Notes: generated by a model not told the origin, from the letters alone. Counted from the first letter of the stretch, positions 1 to 9,568 are shown. The stretch: 64,000 bases of DNA from Selenomonadaceae bacterium (GCA_037189585.1 JBBCJA010000012.1:58693-122692), one strand, 5' to 3'. Numbers and translations: made by a program.

Positions 1-356
1 CGGGTTCCGAGAAACTTGCGATGTCTATCGACCGAGCTGTCGAGAAACAAAGAGTTGTGACACATGAAATCTTGACTCAGCTGGTTCTGCCCTGAGGCGT
101 CGACGATGGTGGCCCGGTATCCGGTCAGCCACAAAAGCTCCCGCTCTTTGGAGTTGCCTAAAAAGACTCCCCTCTTGACCTCTCCAGGTCCTTCCATGGA
201 GGCGTACACACGGTCCATCAGATACTCGCCGCTAGTGTACTCCCAAAAGTGTGTCTCCGGCGACGGTTCACCGAACCTCGACGCCAGCGGCATTGCCAAA
301 CAGGCCAGGAACAGGACGAAGGTCGCCAGTCGATGACACGTCTTAAACTTCGCCAC
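1..356 (-). CDS. Partial ORF running off the left window edge. Hypothetical secreted protein. Its 5' end is a GTG start at about 354-356, 13 bp downstream of the HTTM-1 stop.
   Basis: The minus-strand frame has no stop from 356 to position 1. The N-terminus MAKFKTCHRLATFVLFLACLAMPLASRF looks like a signal peptide. The ORF is absent from the supplied track because it has no ATG start and is truncated by the window edge. Confidence 0.35.
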   Translation of the reverse strand, partial: MAKFKTCHRLATFVLFLACLAMPLASRFGEPSPETHFWEYTSGEYLMDRVYASMEGPGEVKRGVFLGNSKERELLWLTGYRATIVDASGQNQLSQDFMCHNSLFLDSSVDRHRKFLGT

Positions 357-369
357 GCGACGCTCCAAG

Positions 370-1893
370 CTAGTAAGACTCGGGCAACGGTGCCCTAAGA
401 ACGACGGCCCTCGCGTGGGGGTCGGAAACGGGAAACGGCCCTCTCCAGTCAGATTTCGGTGACACCGCCCAGGCGACCTCCACTTCGTGAGTCGGTTGGC
501 GCCCGGGCAACAACGAACTTTCCGTCCGCAAGCTCCAGAGCCTCACCAGAATGACTTTCTGGTCCGGATGGGCTTCTTCCCATTTGACCGCCTGTCTTCT
601 CAAATATCGCATGCTGATAGCTCGTCCTGCCGACCATTCCAAAGAGTTGAGATAGTTTCGCTCATGCTGATTTTTGAAATCTAGATAGGCCGGACTACTC
701 TGTTGAAAACTGAAGTCACGACCCTCTCGGCGAAGATCGATCCGCCGGCCGTCTTGCAGTCGGGCTTCCAAGAAGTATCGAGAATCCACCACCCGGGGGA
801 CCGGAGAGAACAGATCCCAAAACTGGACCAGCCGCAAGGCGGAAAAAAGTCGAATCGGCCAGGATTGAGCCAGGCGTCCCGAAGGGGGAACTCCCGATCC
901 GGAAAGCATGACTAGATTCCAGGCCAGCGTCCCCAAGATGGCGAGACTTGCCAGAGCGCCGGTGATGGCACGGGTCGTCCATGCCAAGCTAGTGGATAAG
1001 TCCCCACTCTCGGTACCGGACGCCCTCCGCTCCCATACCAATGAGGGAAGACATCCCACCAGCGAAACTATGGAGACGAGCGGAAACAGCTCCAGATCCA
1101 TGGTCAGTCCGATCCCGATATGAAGAATCGCCAGCGAAATGATCGCCACCAACCGACCGCGTGAGTTGCCGCTAAAGAGCAGAAGAACCGGCGCTATCCA
1201 TTCCAATACAAAGGTGGCCAAAGTCAACCACTTCAAGAATTCGGGGAAACCAGCCAACCAGTATCCTAGAGGTTTCGTGAACTGATGGAGTTCATAGGTG
1301 CGAAACAAAGCCGTGCGTTCGGTGATCCAGACAGGGTGAACTTTCCAGACCGCGGCCATAAGGTAGACCTGGCAGACCTGAAGCAGATAGCCTGTTCCCC
1401 CCAAACAGTTGATGCGATAGGAGGGGGATAGCCTTTGGCCACGCCGAGAATCCAAGGACCAGACCTCCCCCCAGGGCAAAAAGTTTCCCCAAAAAAGTAA
1501 AATGAGAAGAAGGCGGTCCGCGGAGTCTAGAACGAACGGGTTGCGATTGTGCAGGGACAAGGTGAGAAGGTAAGCCGCGAAAGTGGACCAGCGGGTCTGC
1601 CATCCTAGTACCAAAGCCGCAGCGAACGCGATGTGGACCACAAAGAGCAGGCTGACCTCGACAGGGAAACCGCTACTAAGATGCAGCGACCACCAGACAT
1701 CATTCCAATACTGGCTAGTTAGCAAAAAACGAGGTAAAACCCCGACATCACTGTAAAATTCGGTCAAGTCACGAGCCCGGTCCAACAGATCGACCAGTAA
1801 AAGAGCTCCGAGACAGATCCGGAACAGAGCTAGCGACCGCAGGTCCAGGTCAAGAATCCTCGTCAAAGCTTCGCCTCGGCGATCAGGCTCCAC
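370..1893 (-). CDS. HTTM-domain integral membrane protein (vitamin-K-dependent gamma-carboxylase / SdpB-like fold) with a C-terminal soluble domain
   Basis: The N-terminal ~270 aa carry HTTM hallmarks: DLRSLALFRI..G.LLLVD, LSLHNRNPFVLDSADRLLLILLFWGNFLPWGEVWSLD, and multiple TM helices. Confidence 0.7.
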   Translation of the reverse strand: MEPDRRGEALTRILDLDLRSLALFRICLGALLLVDLLDRARDLTEFYSDVGVLPRFLLTSQYWNDVWWSLHLSSGFPVEVSLLFVVHIAFAAALVLGWQTRWSTFAAYLLTLSLHNRNPFVLDSADRLLLILLFWGNFLPWGEVWSLDSRRGQRLSPSYRINCLGGTGYLLQVCQVYLMAAVWKVHPVWITERTALFRTYELHQFTKPLGYWLAGFPEFLKWLTLATFVLEWIAPVLLLFSGNSRGRLVAIISLAILHIGIGLTMDLELFPLVSIVSLVGCLPSLVWERRASGTESGDLSTSLAWTTRAITGALASLAILGTLAWNLVMLSGSGVPPSGRLAQSWPIRLFSALRLVQFWDLFSPVPRVVDSRYFLEARLQDGRRIDLRREGRDFSFQQSSPAYLDFKNQHERNYLNSLEWSAGRAISMRYLRRQAVKWEEAHPDQKVILVRLWSLRTESSLLPGRQPTHEVEVAWAVSPKSDWRGPFPVSDPHARAVVLRAPLPESY

Positions 1894-3248
1894 TCCGCGC
1901 TCGAGCTGGGTCCAGGCAGCCTGGTCTCCACCCGCGCCTGCCAGACTCTCACCAGAACCGCTCGATTCTCGGGGTGACGCCTATTCCACTGTCGCGCGGC
2001 CCACTCCGCGAAGCCTTGTCGAAAAGGACTGTCCACGGGAAGAGTGGGCAAATTCATCATATACTTCCGCCACCGGTCGTCCGGATAGGTCGCGGAAACA
2101 AGAGGCGGGCGTTCCGCACTCCAGGCCCGATCTCCGCGCCAAGCATCGTAGTCGCGACCATCCTGGGCCTGAACCTGGACCGTGAACCAGCCGTCCTCTT
2201 CCAACCCCGGACCCGCGAACACTCCGAAATACTGCAAACTAGAGAAGACTGGAGCGATCCTTAAGACGAGGTCTGGTAAAAAGACCTTGCGACCCTTCCC
2301 CAGAGATTCCAAATTCACCGCGCAAGTCAACAAGCACACCGAGAGAAGAGCCATCGCGAGCGGCCCACCAAGGTGTATTCGTGGTTGCGACCGACCGTCG
2401 GCCCCAAAAAATCTACCTGGCACCAAAGCCAAAAGTCCCACCAGCGGAACGTAACGAAAGACCCCTATCTCTAGAAACAGTCCAAAGGTCAGATGCAGGA
2501 TGGCCGCGGTGCTGATCGCTAAAATACGCGGACGAGGTGTCGGGAGTAGGATCGCGAGTCCGAGACACAGCTCCATTAACCACACGACGCGTGTCAACAC
2601 CGCGAGAGCCTCGGGATGGTCCGTCAACGGCACGGCCCAAGCCGTGGAGTGGTGGCCGATATTTAAAGCATAATAGATGGCGCTGCCCTCACTTAACCAG
2701 TAAGGATGGAGCTTGTGCAGCGCGGCGAAAAGGTATAGACAGGCCATCTGAAGCGACCAGCCGATAGTCGCGGCGGAGAGAACCGTTTCGTCGAGGTGGC
2801 CCTCCCCTGACCTGGCCTTACTGTCGACAGACCAGACCGCGCCCCAGGGCAGAAAGATGCCCCAAAAAAGTAAAGCGGCCATCAGGGTATCGCCACTGTT
2901 GAGAAGTAAAGGATTGCGTTGGTGCAAGCTGAGCAAGAGCAGCCAGGATAAAGCGCTGACGGTCCGTGTCCGATAGCCCAGCAAAAGAGCGCCGGCTAGA
3001 CACAGTTGAATGATCAGGAGTAGGCTCTGATAGGTCTCCAGGTCGTTGGCCAGGTGAAGCGATGGTAAGAGATAGCTCGTCTGCGCGCGCAGGAGGACGA
3101 GTCGACTACAAAAACCATCGTCGGAATAAAATTCGCGGCAAAAACTTAAACGTATCAAAAGGTCGCTCAAGAGTACACAAGCCATGGCCATCCGTGCCAC
3201 AGCCATGGACCGCAAGCTCATCCCGAACCAAAGAACAAACGTCGACAC
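1863..3248 (-). CDS. HTTM-domain integral membrane protein, tandem paralog of the downstream gene
   Basis: Same motif set as the downstream HTTM gene: LLLSLHQRNPLLLNSGDTLMAALLFWGIFLPWGAVWSVD. The two genes overlap by 31 bp. Confidence 0.7.
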   Translation of the reverse strand: MSTFVLWFGMSLRSMAVARMAMACVLLSDLLIRLSFCREFYSDDGFCSRLVLLRAQTSYLLPSLHLANDLETYQSLLLIIQLCLAGALLLGYRTRTVSALSWLLLLSLHQRNPLLLNSGDTLMAALLFWGIFLPWGAVWSVDSKARSGEGHLDETVLSAATIGWSLQMACLYLFAALHKLHPYWLSEGSAIYYALNIGHHSTAWAVPLTDHPEALAVLTRVVWLMELCLGLAILLPTPRPRILAISTAAILHLTFGLFLEIGVFRYVPLVGLLALVPGRFFGADGRSQPRIHLGGPLAMALLSVCLLTCAVNLESLGKGRKVFLPDLVLRIAPVFSSLQYFGVFAGPGLEEDGWFTVQVQAQDGRDYDAWRGDRAWSAERPPLVSATYPDDRWRKYMMNLPTLPVDSPFRQGFAEWAARQWNRRHPENRAVLVRVWQARVETRLPGPSSSAEWSLIAEAKL

Positions 3249-3342
3249 CGCGACAAGAATTTCGCCTGTCCCGAAGTGAATCCCCCAAAGGTTCCCAAGG
3301 TCTGTTGCCAGTCGAAATATTCCTTGCTAAGCTATATGCTGA

Positions 3343-3816
3343 GTGACTTGGTACAAACATCACGGTCGGCGGAGCAGTCGCGGCCACAATCTCCTAGAGA
3401 TGCTGGTGGCGACGATGATCTTCGCCACTGTCATGATTACGTTCGCCTCTGTATTTCAGTATATCGCGATCGCGACCGGACGTAATCGAACACGCCTGGT
3501 CGGTCAGTACATCGCCAAAGGTGTCGTGGAGAAGTGCGTCGCTGCCAAATTTGTCAACGTCAGAAACTTGGAATCCATTGATTGTGGAGGCCCCATGACA
3601 TATGCTCCAACGACCATGACGTTTCGCCGCGAGGGTAAGGAAGTCGTCACCGAATACCTAACTCAAGTCGACGTGGAACCGTTGTCTCACCCTGCCTTCA
3701 CCGCTGTGCAAGCCCTCACGGTGCGAGTGCGCGTTTCATGGCGGGACAAAAATCGAGACACCGATGCCACCATGCCGTATTGTGAGTATCGAACTTACAT
3801 AGGTCAGAATTCATGA
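3343..3816 (+). CDS. Prepilin-type N-terminal cleavage/methylation domain protein (type IV pilin/pseudopilin-like), GTG start
   Basis: Basic leader followed by G-HNLLEMLVATMIFATVMI. This is the class III signal motif G|xxxxE followed by a hydrophobic helix. Confidence 0.6.
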   Translation: MTWYKHHGRRSSRGHNLLEMLVATMIFATVMITFASVFQYIAIATGRNRTRLVGQYIAKGVVEKCVAAKFVNVRNLESIDCGGPMTYAPTTMTFRREGKEVVTEYLTQVDVEPLSHPAFTAVQALTVRVRVSWRDKNRDTDATMPYCEYRTYIGQNS

Positions 3817-4511
3817 AACGTCACCGAGCCTCGAGAGCGACCACCCTTCCGGAGCTTCTCGTGGTCATGGCCGTCATGGGCGTTCTCCTTTACTTAGCCC
3901 AACGCGCCGTCGTCGCCGGGTTTGAATTCTATCGATTCACCGACGAGTCGATCACCCTTCAACGAGAGGGCCTTACCGCCCTGAGCTATATCACGGAAGA
4001 CCTGTTGGCCACTCATCAACGAAGCGTGGTTGTCAAGGACGTCCCAGTGGCCAGTCCCACACCCAGCCACGACGAGGACGAGTTGGTTATCCCTCTGCCC
4101 CAAAAACTTGACGGAACCTCCGAGATCAACAACGATTCCGGCGCCGTCAAATGGATGTCTGTCGTGGGGTATAAAATCGACACGACCAGAGACGACCGCC
4201 CGCTGATGCGACATCATGGAGACTCTCAGTACGACCCCGACAACGACTTCAAAGACCCGATCAGCGGTGACTACATCACCGACATCGAGATCATTACCCC
4301 GCCGGAACTCAAGATGCCGACTGTCGATGACATCGCGGGCTTCCCCGACACCGGGCGTCGATCTCGTGTGGTCGCTCGTAACGTTTTCTCTCTCGCCGTG
4401 GTCCGCCGAACCGATACCATTGACGTGGAACTAACCATTTTCTTGCCCGGCCGCTTTGTTAATGCGGACAATTCGATAACACTGGAAACGACGATCTTTC
4501 CTCGAAACTAG
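3813..4511 (+). CDS. Pseudopilin-like protein with a prepilin-type N-terminal helix and Ala at the -1 position
   Basis: RASRATTLPELLVVMAVMGVLLYLA has the Glu at +5 and a hydrophobic helix. Its start overlaps the upstream stop by 4 bp (ATGA). Confidence 0.5.
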   Translation: MKRHRASRATTLPELLVVMAVMGVLLYLAQRAVVAGFEFYRFTDESITLQREGLTALSYITEDLLATHQRSVVVKDVPVASPTPSHDEDELVIPLPQKLDGTSEINNDSGAVKWMSVVGYKIDTTRDDRPLMRHHGDSQYDPDNDFKDPISGDYITDIEIITPPELKMPTVDDIAGFPDTGRRSRVVARNVFSLAVVRRTDTIDVELTIFLPGRFVNADNSITLETTIFPRN

Positions 4512-4523
4512 TAGGAGACCATT

Positions 4524-6353
4524 ATGCGCAACACATACGACGATAAAGACAAGAGGGGGTCCGCGTTGATTCTCGTCGTGTTCACTCTCTTCTTGGTCAC
4601 TCTGGTCGTGTCCGCGATCTTCGCTCTCTCGCGGCAGAATTTCCTGGGCGTCAATAAAGACTATCACGGGAACAAGGCCGAGTACGGAGCCAAGGCCGGC
4701 ATCGAGCACGCCATCGCTCTGCTGACCAACGATCCCACCGTGGGCACTCAGGCCGGCGGATTTGAGCTCAATGACGAGCCACTCGACGGCGAGCCTGATG
4801 TCACCTACAGTCTTCACATCATCACCAACGGCTCCCCCCCACCGACCATCGTGACCGCTCCTGACGGATTGGCTATCCCACCCAGGGTCGCCTGGGTCAA
4901 GTCGACCGGGGTACTGCGGGATCGCGCGAATTCGTCCAGCTCTTCCCTGGTCAAGCTCGTGGGCCTTCAGCGCCCGATTCTCAAACAGGGACTCTTCGGG
5001 ATCAACTTCGTGGAAGTCAGCGACAACAGCACCGTTCAGGGATACAACTTCGCTCTCTCCGGCGCGGCTCGCAAACTCGACCGGAGGGGAGACATCGGAG
5101 TCAACGCCACGACGTTGTTTCCCAACCTCCTTGCTCCATCTCCTTCTCCCTACCCGGGAGTGAATCGCAGCGGAGTCGTGGTCGATTCAAGCTCCTCCAT
5201 CAAGGGGCAGGTGCGCGTGGGGGTGGGAAGTCCCTCCATCGGAACGGTCGCTCAGATCGCTCCGGGCACTGTAGTCAATAACGAGGACCCCACCAATGCG
5301 ACAGTGATCTCGCAAGAAGCGACTCAGGTCCCTCGCTTCATGCTACCGAGCGATCCCGCGTTGTCGAACTACCGTTTCATTCACAATCTGGTCACCCGGG
5401 ATACTGCCGTGGCCCCACCCTCTCCAGGCCCCTCCGCTAGCCCTATGGCCACATCGACGCCAGGGGGAAATACCTGGCGCATAGGTCCCTGGATCGCATC
5501 GTCACCGACCCCCGTACCGGCCTTCAACATCGACAACACCACGACACCTCCGGCCGGCGCCCAGTTACCCGACCCCGATCCGGCCACCACGGGCTACAAC
5601 GACCTGAAGGTCATCGCGCCCGGACTCTATGATCTCAACGATGTCGGCGGGGAGTTGACTCTCGAGAACGTGGTTCTCCGTGCCGGAGCACGCTACGAAT
5701 TTCGCGGCAACGTGACCTTCAAGGGTAACGTCAACATCTCGAATGTCCGCGCAAACGGCACCTCCTGGGACGACCCGGGTACCCCCGAAATCGAGTCTGT
5801 TCCCGCGACCTGTCTCTATGTTGATGGCGACGTCAAGTTTGAACCGGGCTGTAAGGTCAACATGGATCGTCTCGATGAAGACTCCGATGGAGATTCGGCT
5901 GAACCGATAGCTCCTCGTAGATTGCAGATATACACCTCGACCGGCCTTGGCGAGGATCAGTCGATTAGCTCCCACAACATCTTGGTGGGTGACTCCACAC
6001 CATCGCCAAAAGCGGAAGTATCGTGCGTCCTGGTGGGCTCGGCGATGCGAGTGAGACTTCGCAACACCGACTTCTACGGAGGAATTCAAGCTCTGGAAGT
6101 CATGGCGACCAACCATACCAATATCTACTTCGACGTCGACCTCTGGGGACAGCCCCTGGAAGGGCTCGGACAGATGGCGGTCCTGCTCAACACCGTCCAG
6201 GTTTATAGTCCGCCCATCTTACCGGCCGCTCCCGCTCCGGCGGCACCGGCCAGCGGGCCGGCGACCTCTCCTACCTACACGACCTATACGACCGGACCTG
6301 GATGGTGCTCCCCCATCATTCCGCTCCCGCAATCGGTTCAATGCTACTACTAA
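4524..6353 (+). CDS. GspK/PilX-like large minor pseudopilin with a Pro/Thr-rich C-terminus
   Basis: The N-terminus KRGSALILVVFTLFLVTLVVSAIFALSRQ resembles GspK, which lacks E+5. There is a strong SD (AGGAG) 8 nt upstream. The protein is 609 aa. Confidence 0.5.
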   Translation: MRNTYDDKDKRGSALILVVFTLFLVTLVVSAIFALSRQNFLGVNKDYHGNKAEYGAKAGIEHAIALLTNDPTVGTQAGGFELNDEPLDGEPDVTYSLHIITNGSPPPTIVTAPDGLAIPPRVAWVKSTGVLRDRANSSSSSLVKLVGLQRPILKQGLFGINFVEVSDNSTVQGYNFALSGAARKLDRRGDIGVNATTLFPNLLAPSPSPYPGVNRSGVVVDSSSSIKGQVRVGVGSPSIGTVAQIAPGTVVNNEDPTNATVISQEATQVPRFMLPSDPALSNYRFIHNLVTRDTAVAPPSPGPSASPMATSTPGGNTWRIGPWIASSPTPVPAFNIDNTTTPPAGAQLPDPDPATTGYNDLKVIAPGLYDLNDVGGELTLENVVLRAGARYEFRGNVTFKGNVNISNVRANGTSWDDPGTPEIESVPATCLYVDGDVKFEPGCKVNMDRLDEDSDGDSAEPIAPRRLQIYTSTGLGEDQSISSHNILVGDSTPSPKAEVSCVLVGSAMRVRLRNTDFYGGIQALEVMATNHTNIYFDVDLWGQPLEGLGQMAVLLNTVQVYSPPILPAAPAPAAPASGPATSPTYTTYTTGPGWCSPIIPLPQSVQCYY

Positions 6354-6383
6354 TGTCTAATAGGTCGATATAGTCTACTCCAA

Positions 6384-6441
6384 CAAAAAAACTGGCCAGT
6401 TCACCGCAGTAAAGGAACTGGCCAGTTTTTTTATTATTATT
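6384..6441. terminator. Bidirectional rho-independent terminator between convergent genes
   Basis: A-run, then two copies of the 12-bp palindrome AACTGGCCAGTT (6390-6401 and 6416-6427) separated by a 14-nt loop, then TTTTTTTATTATTATTT. Read on the opposite strand the structure again ends in a U-tract. Confidence 0.6.
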
Positions 6442-7216
6442 TCGCGGTCTTTACCGGGGCCTTCTTAGGAGTCGCCGAGGAGGCGGGCGTCGCGGCGGCG
6501 TCAGGAACTCGAGCAAGCATTTGCTGGATATCGGTCGGAGTCACTTTCCGATAGACCTTGGGAGGTCGTTTTCTTCCGCCTCCCCACAGCAGCTTGTTTC
6601 CCTCCAAGGCAAATTTGTGGGGAAGTGAGCCAGCCATCGTCGCGCTGCCCATCGTTCCTACCAGAAAAAAGGCACTAGACGACTCTCGGGAGACTCTACC
6701 CCAGCAGCCGAGCCGGTTCAAGGACTTCTTCTCATCGAGTCGTTGGAACATACCGACAAAAGTACCCGCGGGAGTAAATTCCACCACCTCGGGCTCTCTG
6801 TCGTCAGAACGCCAAAGCCCATCCAGACGTTTATCGAACAGGTCGTTCGCGCTGCTCCTCCGCGCTTTCTCGAACCGGCGTTTGAAAGCTTTACCACCAT
6901 CAATGATGAGTTCACCGTCATCAAAGGAACATTTCCAGGTGGTTCGCGCTTTCGCGATGAGGCTCTCTAAACTGACCTCATTTCCTTTCACCGACCAGAC
7001 ACCCACATCGACCGGCTCTCCATTGGTAACCACGGCGTACAGTCGATTGGGTGTGAACTCCACTCGACGATCAACCTGGTCCTCGGACCACGTCCCGATC
7101 AGAGCCTGGTCCAAAGGGACTCGTCCGCATCCACTCGCCCACAGCATAGCCCAGCCTAACAACCCGACGAGAATGAGCCTAGTTCTCACGGGGTCTCGTT
7201 CGCTCAACCAATTCAC
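6437..7216 (-). CDS. Hypothetical lipoprotein
   Basis: Signal peptide with lipobox LWASGC. No recognisable catalytic motifs. It lies immediately downstream of the S9 peptidase gene, so an operon is likely. Confidence 0.5.
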   Translation of the reverse strand: MNWLSERDPVRTRLILVGLLGWAMLWASGCGRVPLDQALIGTWSEDQVDRRVEFTPNRLYAVVTNGEPVDVGVWSVKGNEVSLESLIAKARTTWKCSFDDGELIIDGGKAFKRRFEKARRSSANDLFDKRLDGLWRSDDREPEVVEFTPAGTFVGMFQRLDEKKSLNRLGCWGRVSRESSSAFFLVGTMGSATMAGSLPHKFALEGNKLLWGGGRKRPPKVYRKVTPTDIQQMLARVPDAAATPASSATPKKAPVKTAK

Positions 7217-9130
7217 TTACCTGTTCTCTCCACTATCAATGGCGCGGCTCCACAAAAAATCCACCGCCGCCACCTGGTCCACCAAGCGGGAACCCAAGGC
7301 TCCGTGGATTCCTAGCTCCTGCTGCTGTAGATAAACCTTGTCGGCCAGACCTAGTTCTTGCGCGCGTTCAAGAAAGCGCCAACTGTGCCGGGGGTCGACG
7401 ACCGGATCCTCGGAAGATGTCGTCAGTAAAATTGTCGGAACTTTCTTATCGCGGCTCAGAAGGTTCAAAGGAGAAAGCCTCTTGAGTCGCTCAAGTTGAA
7501 CGGGATCTTGAGGATCCCCGTATTCACTCAACCACAGTTTTCCAGGGACTCTCGTCGGATACCCGACGAGGTCCGTCAGCCCCGCCTCGGCCCAAACCGC
7601 GCGAAACAGATCTGGATAGCGCAAAGCGACTATCAGTCCCAGAGTGGCGCCACTACTTCGCCCACGATAGACAACGGCTCGCCCGCCAAGATGCTCGGTC
7701 GCTTCAATCAAGCCTGTCACGGCAAGGTCCTGACCGAGAGGAGGTGTCTCCAACTGTACGATCTCGACGGAGCCACCACGCCTGAGCCACTCAAGACGCA
7801 CAGCATCGTAGTAGGGAAGAAGTTTCTGTCGAAAGGCTCCGTAACTTTCTAGCATCACTGGAGAGTTAGCAACTGGCTCTATCGCGTCCAACTTGACCGT
7901 CTCGGCCCCTACGGAGATCTGAAATCGCCGCGGGTCAATCCCCTCCAGGGGCATTGAAATGACCTCTTGAATAGCACCGTCCTTGAGATCGAGTAGAGCG
8001 GTGCCGCGCGGTTGAAAAGGCCCCTCGAAGTCAAGAGAGACTTTTGACCCCCCGGCTGGCCGAAATCGTCGGCCCTGTCCTGGTGTGGCGGGGAGACTCG
8101 TTGAGTGAATTTCTCCTGACGTGAGGTTCAGGATGGAGAGATGATGCCCCCAGGAGCCGGGAGACAGGATAGCCAGCCGGTCTGACCATTGATAGACATA
8201 GTCGGCCAGGCCTAATCGTGACACCAGCCGCCCTCTCAGCGAGAGAGTTCCCGACTTGAGATCTAGCGACTCTCTAGGAAGCGCCAGAACCCGAGAACTA
8301 CTGGGTCCGTCGCGAACGACCGCATAGAGCGTGGTTTGGCTCCATCCCGTCAGGCGAACCTGGTTTTCCTTAAGAGCAAAGCTTTGCCAAGGCGTATCCG
8401 CACGCCGGTCCATCCGAACCCATCCCCGTGTATCTAACGGTGCGCTACGGTCATATATGATGAGACCCTCGGGCGACATCGGCGCTACGGCGAGCCTGGG
8501 GAACTCCGCATCGCTAGTGGCGACCGTCTTGGATGTGCCTCCGATTTGGCTTTCCAGAACCTGGATCCGGCCTGGAAACATTTCGGCATAGAGGATCCGT
8601 TTCTCGTCCAGCCAGGTCGGTGAGAAGTGAAATGCCGCTCGAGAGGATATCGGAGTCACCGCCCCCGTGGAAAGATCCCAAAGTTCCAAGACGGCTATCT
8701 CAAGCGTGTTTGAGACCGTCGGCTCTCGACGCGATACTAAACAACGCTCACCTTCAGGTGACAAGTTGAGGTCAAAGGGGGCAACAGAGAAAGGAGACGC
8801 ACGAAGTAACTTCGCCGAGGCGAGAGCTCCATGAGTACCGTGCCAAAACGAAACCCCGTCAGAATCTTGCCTGAGCCAGGCTACCTTATCACCTCGAACG
8901 CTCGAGCATAAAAGTTCCCGTGAGGGAAGAGGCGTTGTGTCATCAGCCGTCGCCCTAAAGCGCTCCACCTGGGCCTGTTTCCACGCGGTGTCGGCCTCAG
9001 GGTCTGAAAGTGACGGGCCCGCGGACTGGCACCCGAGAACGAACAGACCCAGGGTGGCGAGCCCCTTAAGACGCCGGGACAAAGTAAAAGGCTCCGCCTT
9101 TCGGACGGAGCCTTTTACTTTGTCCCCCAA
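7217..9130 (-). CDS. S9-family serine peptidase (prolyl oligopeptidase / acylaminoacyl-peptidase-like) with an N-terminal beta-propeller. Lipoprotein, TTG start.
   Basis: Lipobox LFVLGC. The C-terminal alpha/beta-hydrolase part carries the nucleophile elbow G-R-S-S-G-A, then SEDPVVDP and GIHG. Confidence 0.6.
   Translation of the reverse strand: MGDKVKGSVRKAEPFTLSRRLKGLATLGLFVLGCQSAGPSLSDPEADTAWKQAQVERFRATADDTTPLPSRELLCSSVRGDKVAWLRQDSDGVSFWHGTHGALASAKLLRASPFSVAPFDLNLSPEGERCLVSRREPTVSNTLEIAVLELWDLSTGAVTPISSRAAFHFSPTWLDEKRILYAEMFPGRIQVLESQIGGTSKTVATSDAEFPRLAVAPMSPEGLIIYDRSAPLDTRGWVRMDRRADTPWQSFALKENQVRLTGWSQTTLYAVVRDGPSSSRVLALPRESLDLKSGTLSLRGRLVSRLGLADYVYQWSDRLAILSPGSWGHHLSILNLTSGEIHSTSLPATPGQGRRFRPAGGSKVSLDFEGPFQPRGTALLDLKDGAIQEVISMPLEGIDPRRFQISVGAETVKLDAIEPVANSPVMLESYGAFRQKLLPYYDAVRLEWLRRGGSVEIVQLETPPLGQDLAVTGLIEATEHLGGRAVVYRGRSSGATLGLIVALRYPDLFRAVWAEAGLTDLVGYPTRVPGKLWLSEYGDPQDPVQLERLKRLSPLNLLSRDKKVPTILLTTSSEDPVVDPRHSWRFLERAQELGLADKVYLQQQELGIHGALGSRLVDQVAAVDFLWSRAIDSGENR
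9077..9125. other. Perfect 20-bp inverted repeat (stem-loop) between the stop of the 9155..9568 gene and codons 2-18 of the peptidase gene
   Basis: GGACAAAGTAAAAGGCTCCG cctttcg CGGAGCCTTTTACTTTGTCC. Confidence 0.5.
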
Positions 9131-9154
9131 GGACTAGCCTTTAGCGAAGCGTAC

Positions 9155-9568
9155 TTACTTCGACTGACCGGCGAGCCACTTGTAGAACGGCACGGTGTGG
9201 ACCAGCTTGGCTTTCATTCCGTTGTCGGAAGCCACTTCAACCTTGGAGCCCACGCGGACACCCTCGACGCTGGGGTCGAAACGGGTGATACCGGGGTAGA
9301 GCCAGAAGGTGAGAAGGTCGCCGCTGCCATCAGCTTCGACAATCATGGCGAATCGGTCGAGGTAAACCACCTCACCCGAGTAGTCTTCATCGTACTGGAA
9401 GCCCAACATCGGGCTACCGTAGTCATCATGAGCCGGGCCGAGGTAAGGGTAGTACCAGGTCCCACCGGCTTGACGCTGATTGGGAACATCTTTGTTGTCA
9501 GCGTTGGCTGCTCCGCAGAGTCCAGCTACCAGCGCGGCCATAAGGGCCAGTTTTACCAACTTTTTCAT
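9155..9568 (-). CDS. Small secreted hypothetical protein
   Basis: Signal peptide MKKLVKLALMAALVAGLCGAANA. There is a strong SD AGGAGG 7 nt upstream of the ATG. Confidence 0.55.
   Translation of the reverse strand: MKKLVKLALMAALVAGLCGAANADNKDVPNQRQAGGTWYYPYLGPAHDDYGSPMLGFQYDEDYSGEVVYLDRFAMIVEADGSGDLLTFWLYPGITRFDPSVEGVRVGSKVEVASDNGMKAKLVHTVPFYKWLAGQSK

Noticed and set aside
106-336. Plus-strand ORF 106..336 (76 aa)
   Set aside because: It is fully overlapped by a longer stop-free minus-strand frame. That frame has a signal peptide and is positioned as the next gene after HTTM-1.
3306-3340. Sigma70-like promoter TTGCCA-N17-TAAGCT upstream of the first pilin gene
   Set aside because: The predicted transcription start would fall at or within the GTG start codon (3343). 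A leaderless transcript is possible, but the -10 hexamer is weak. It is not reported as a feature.
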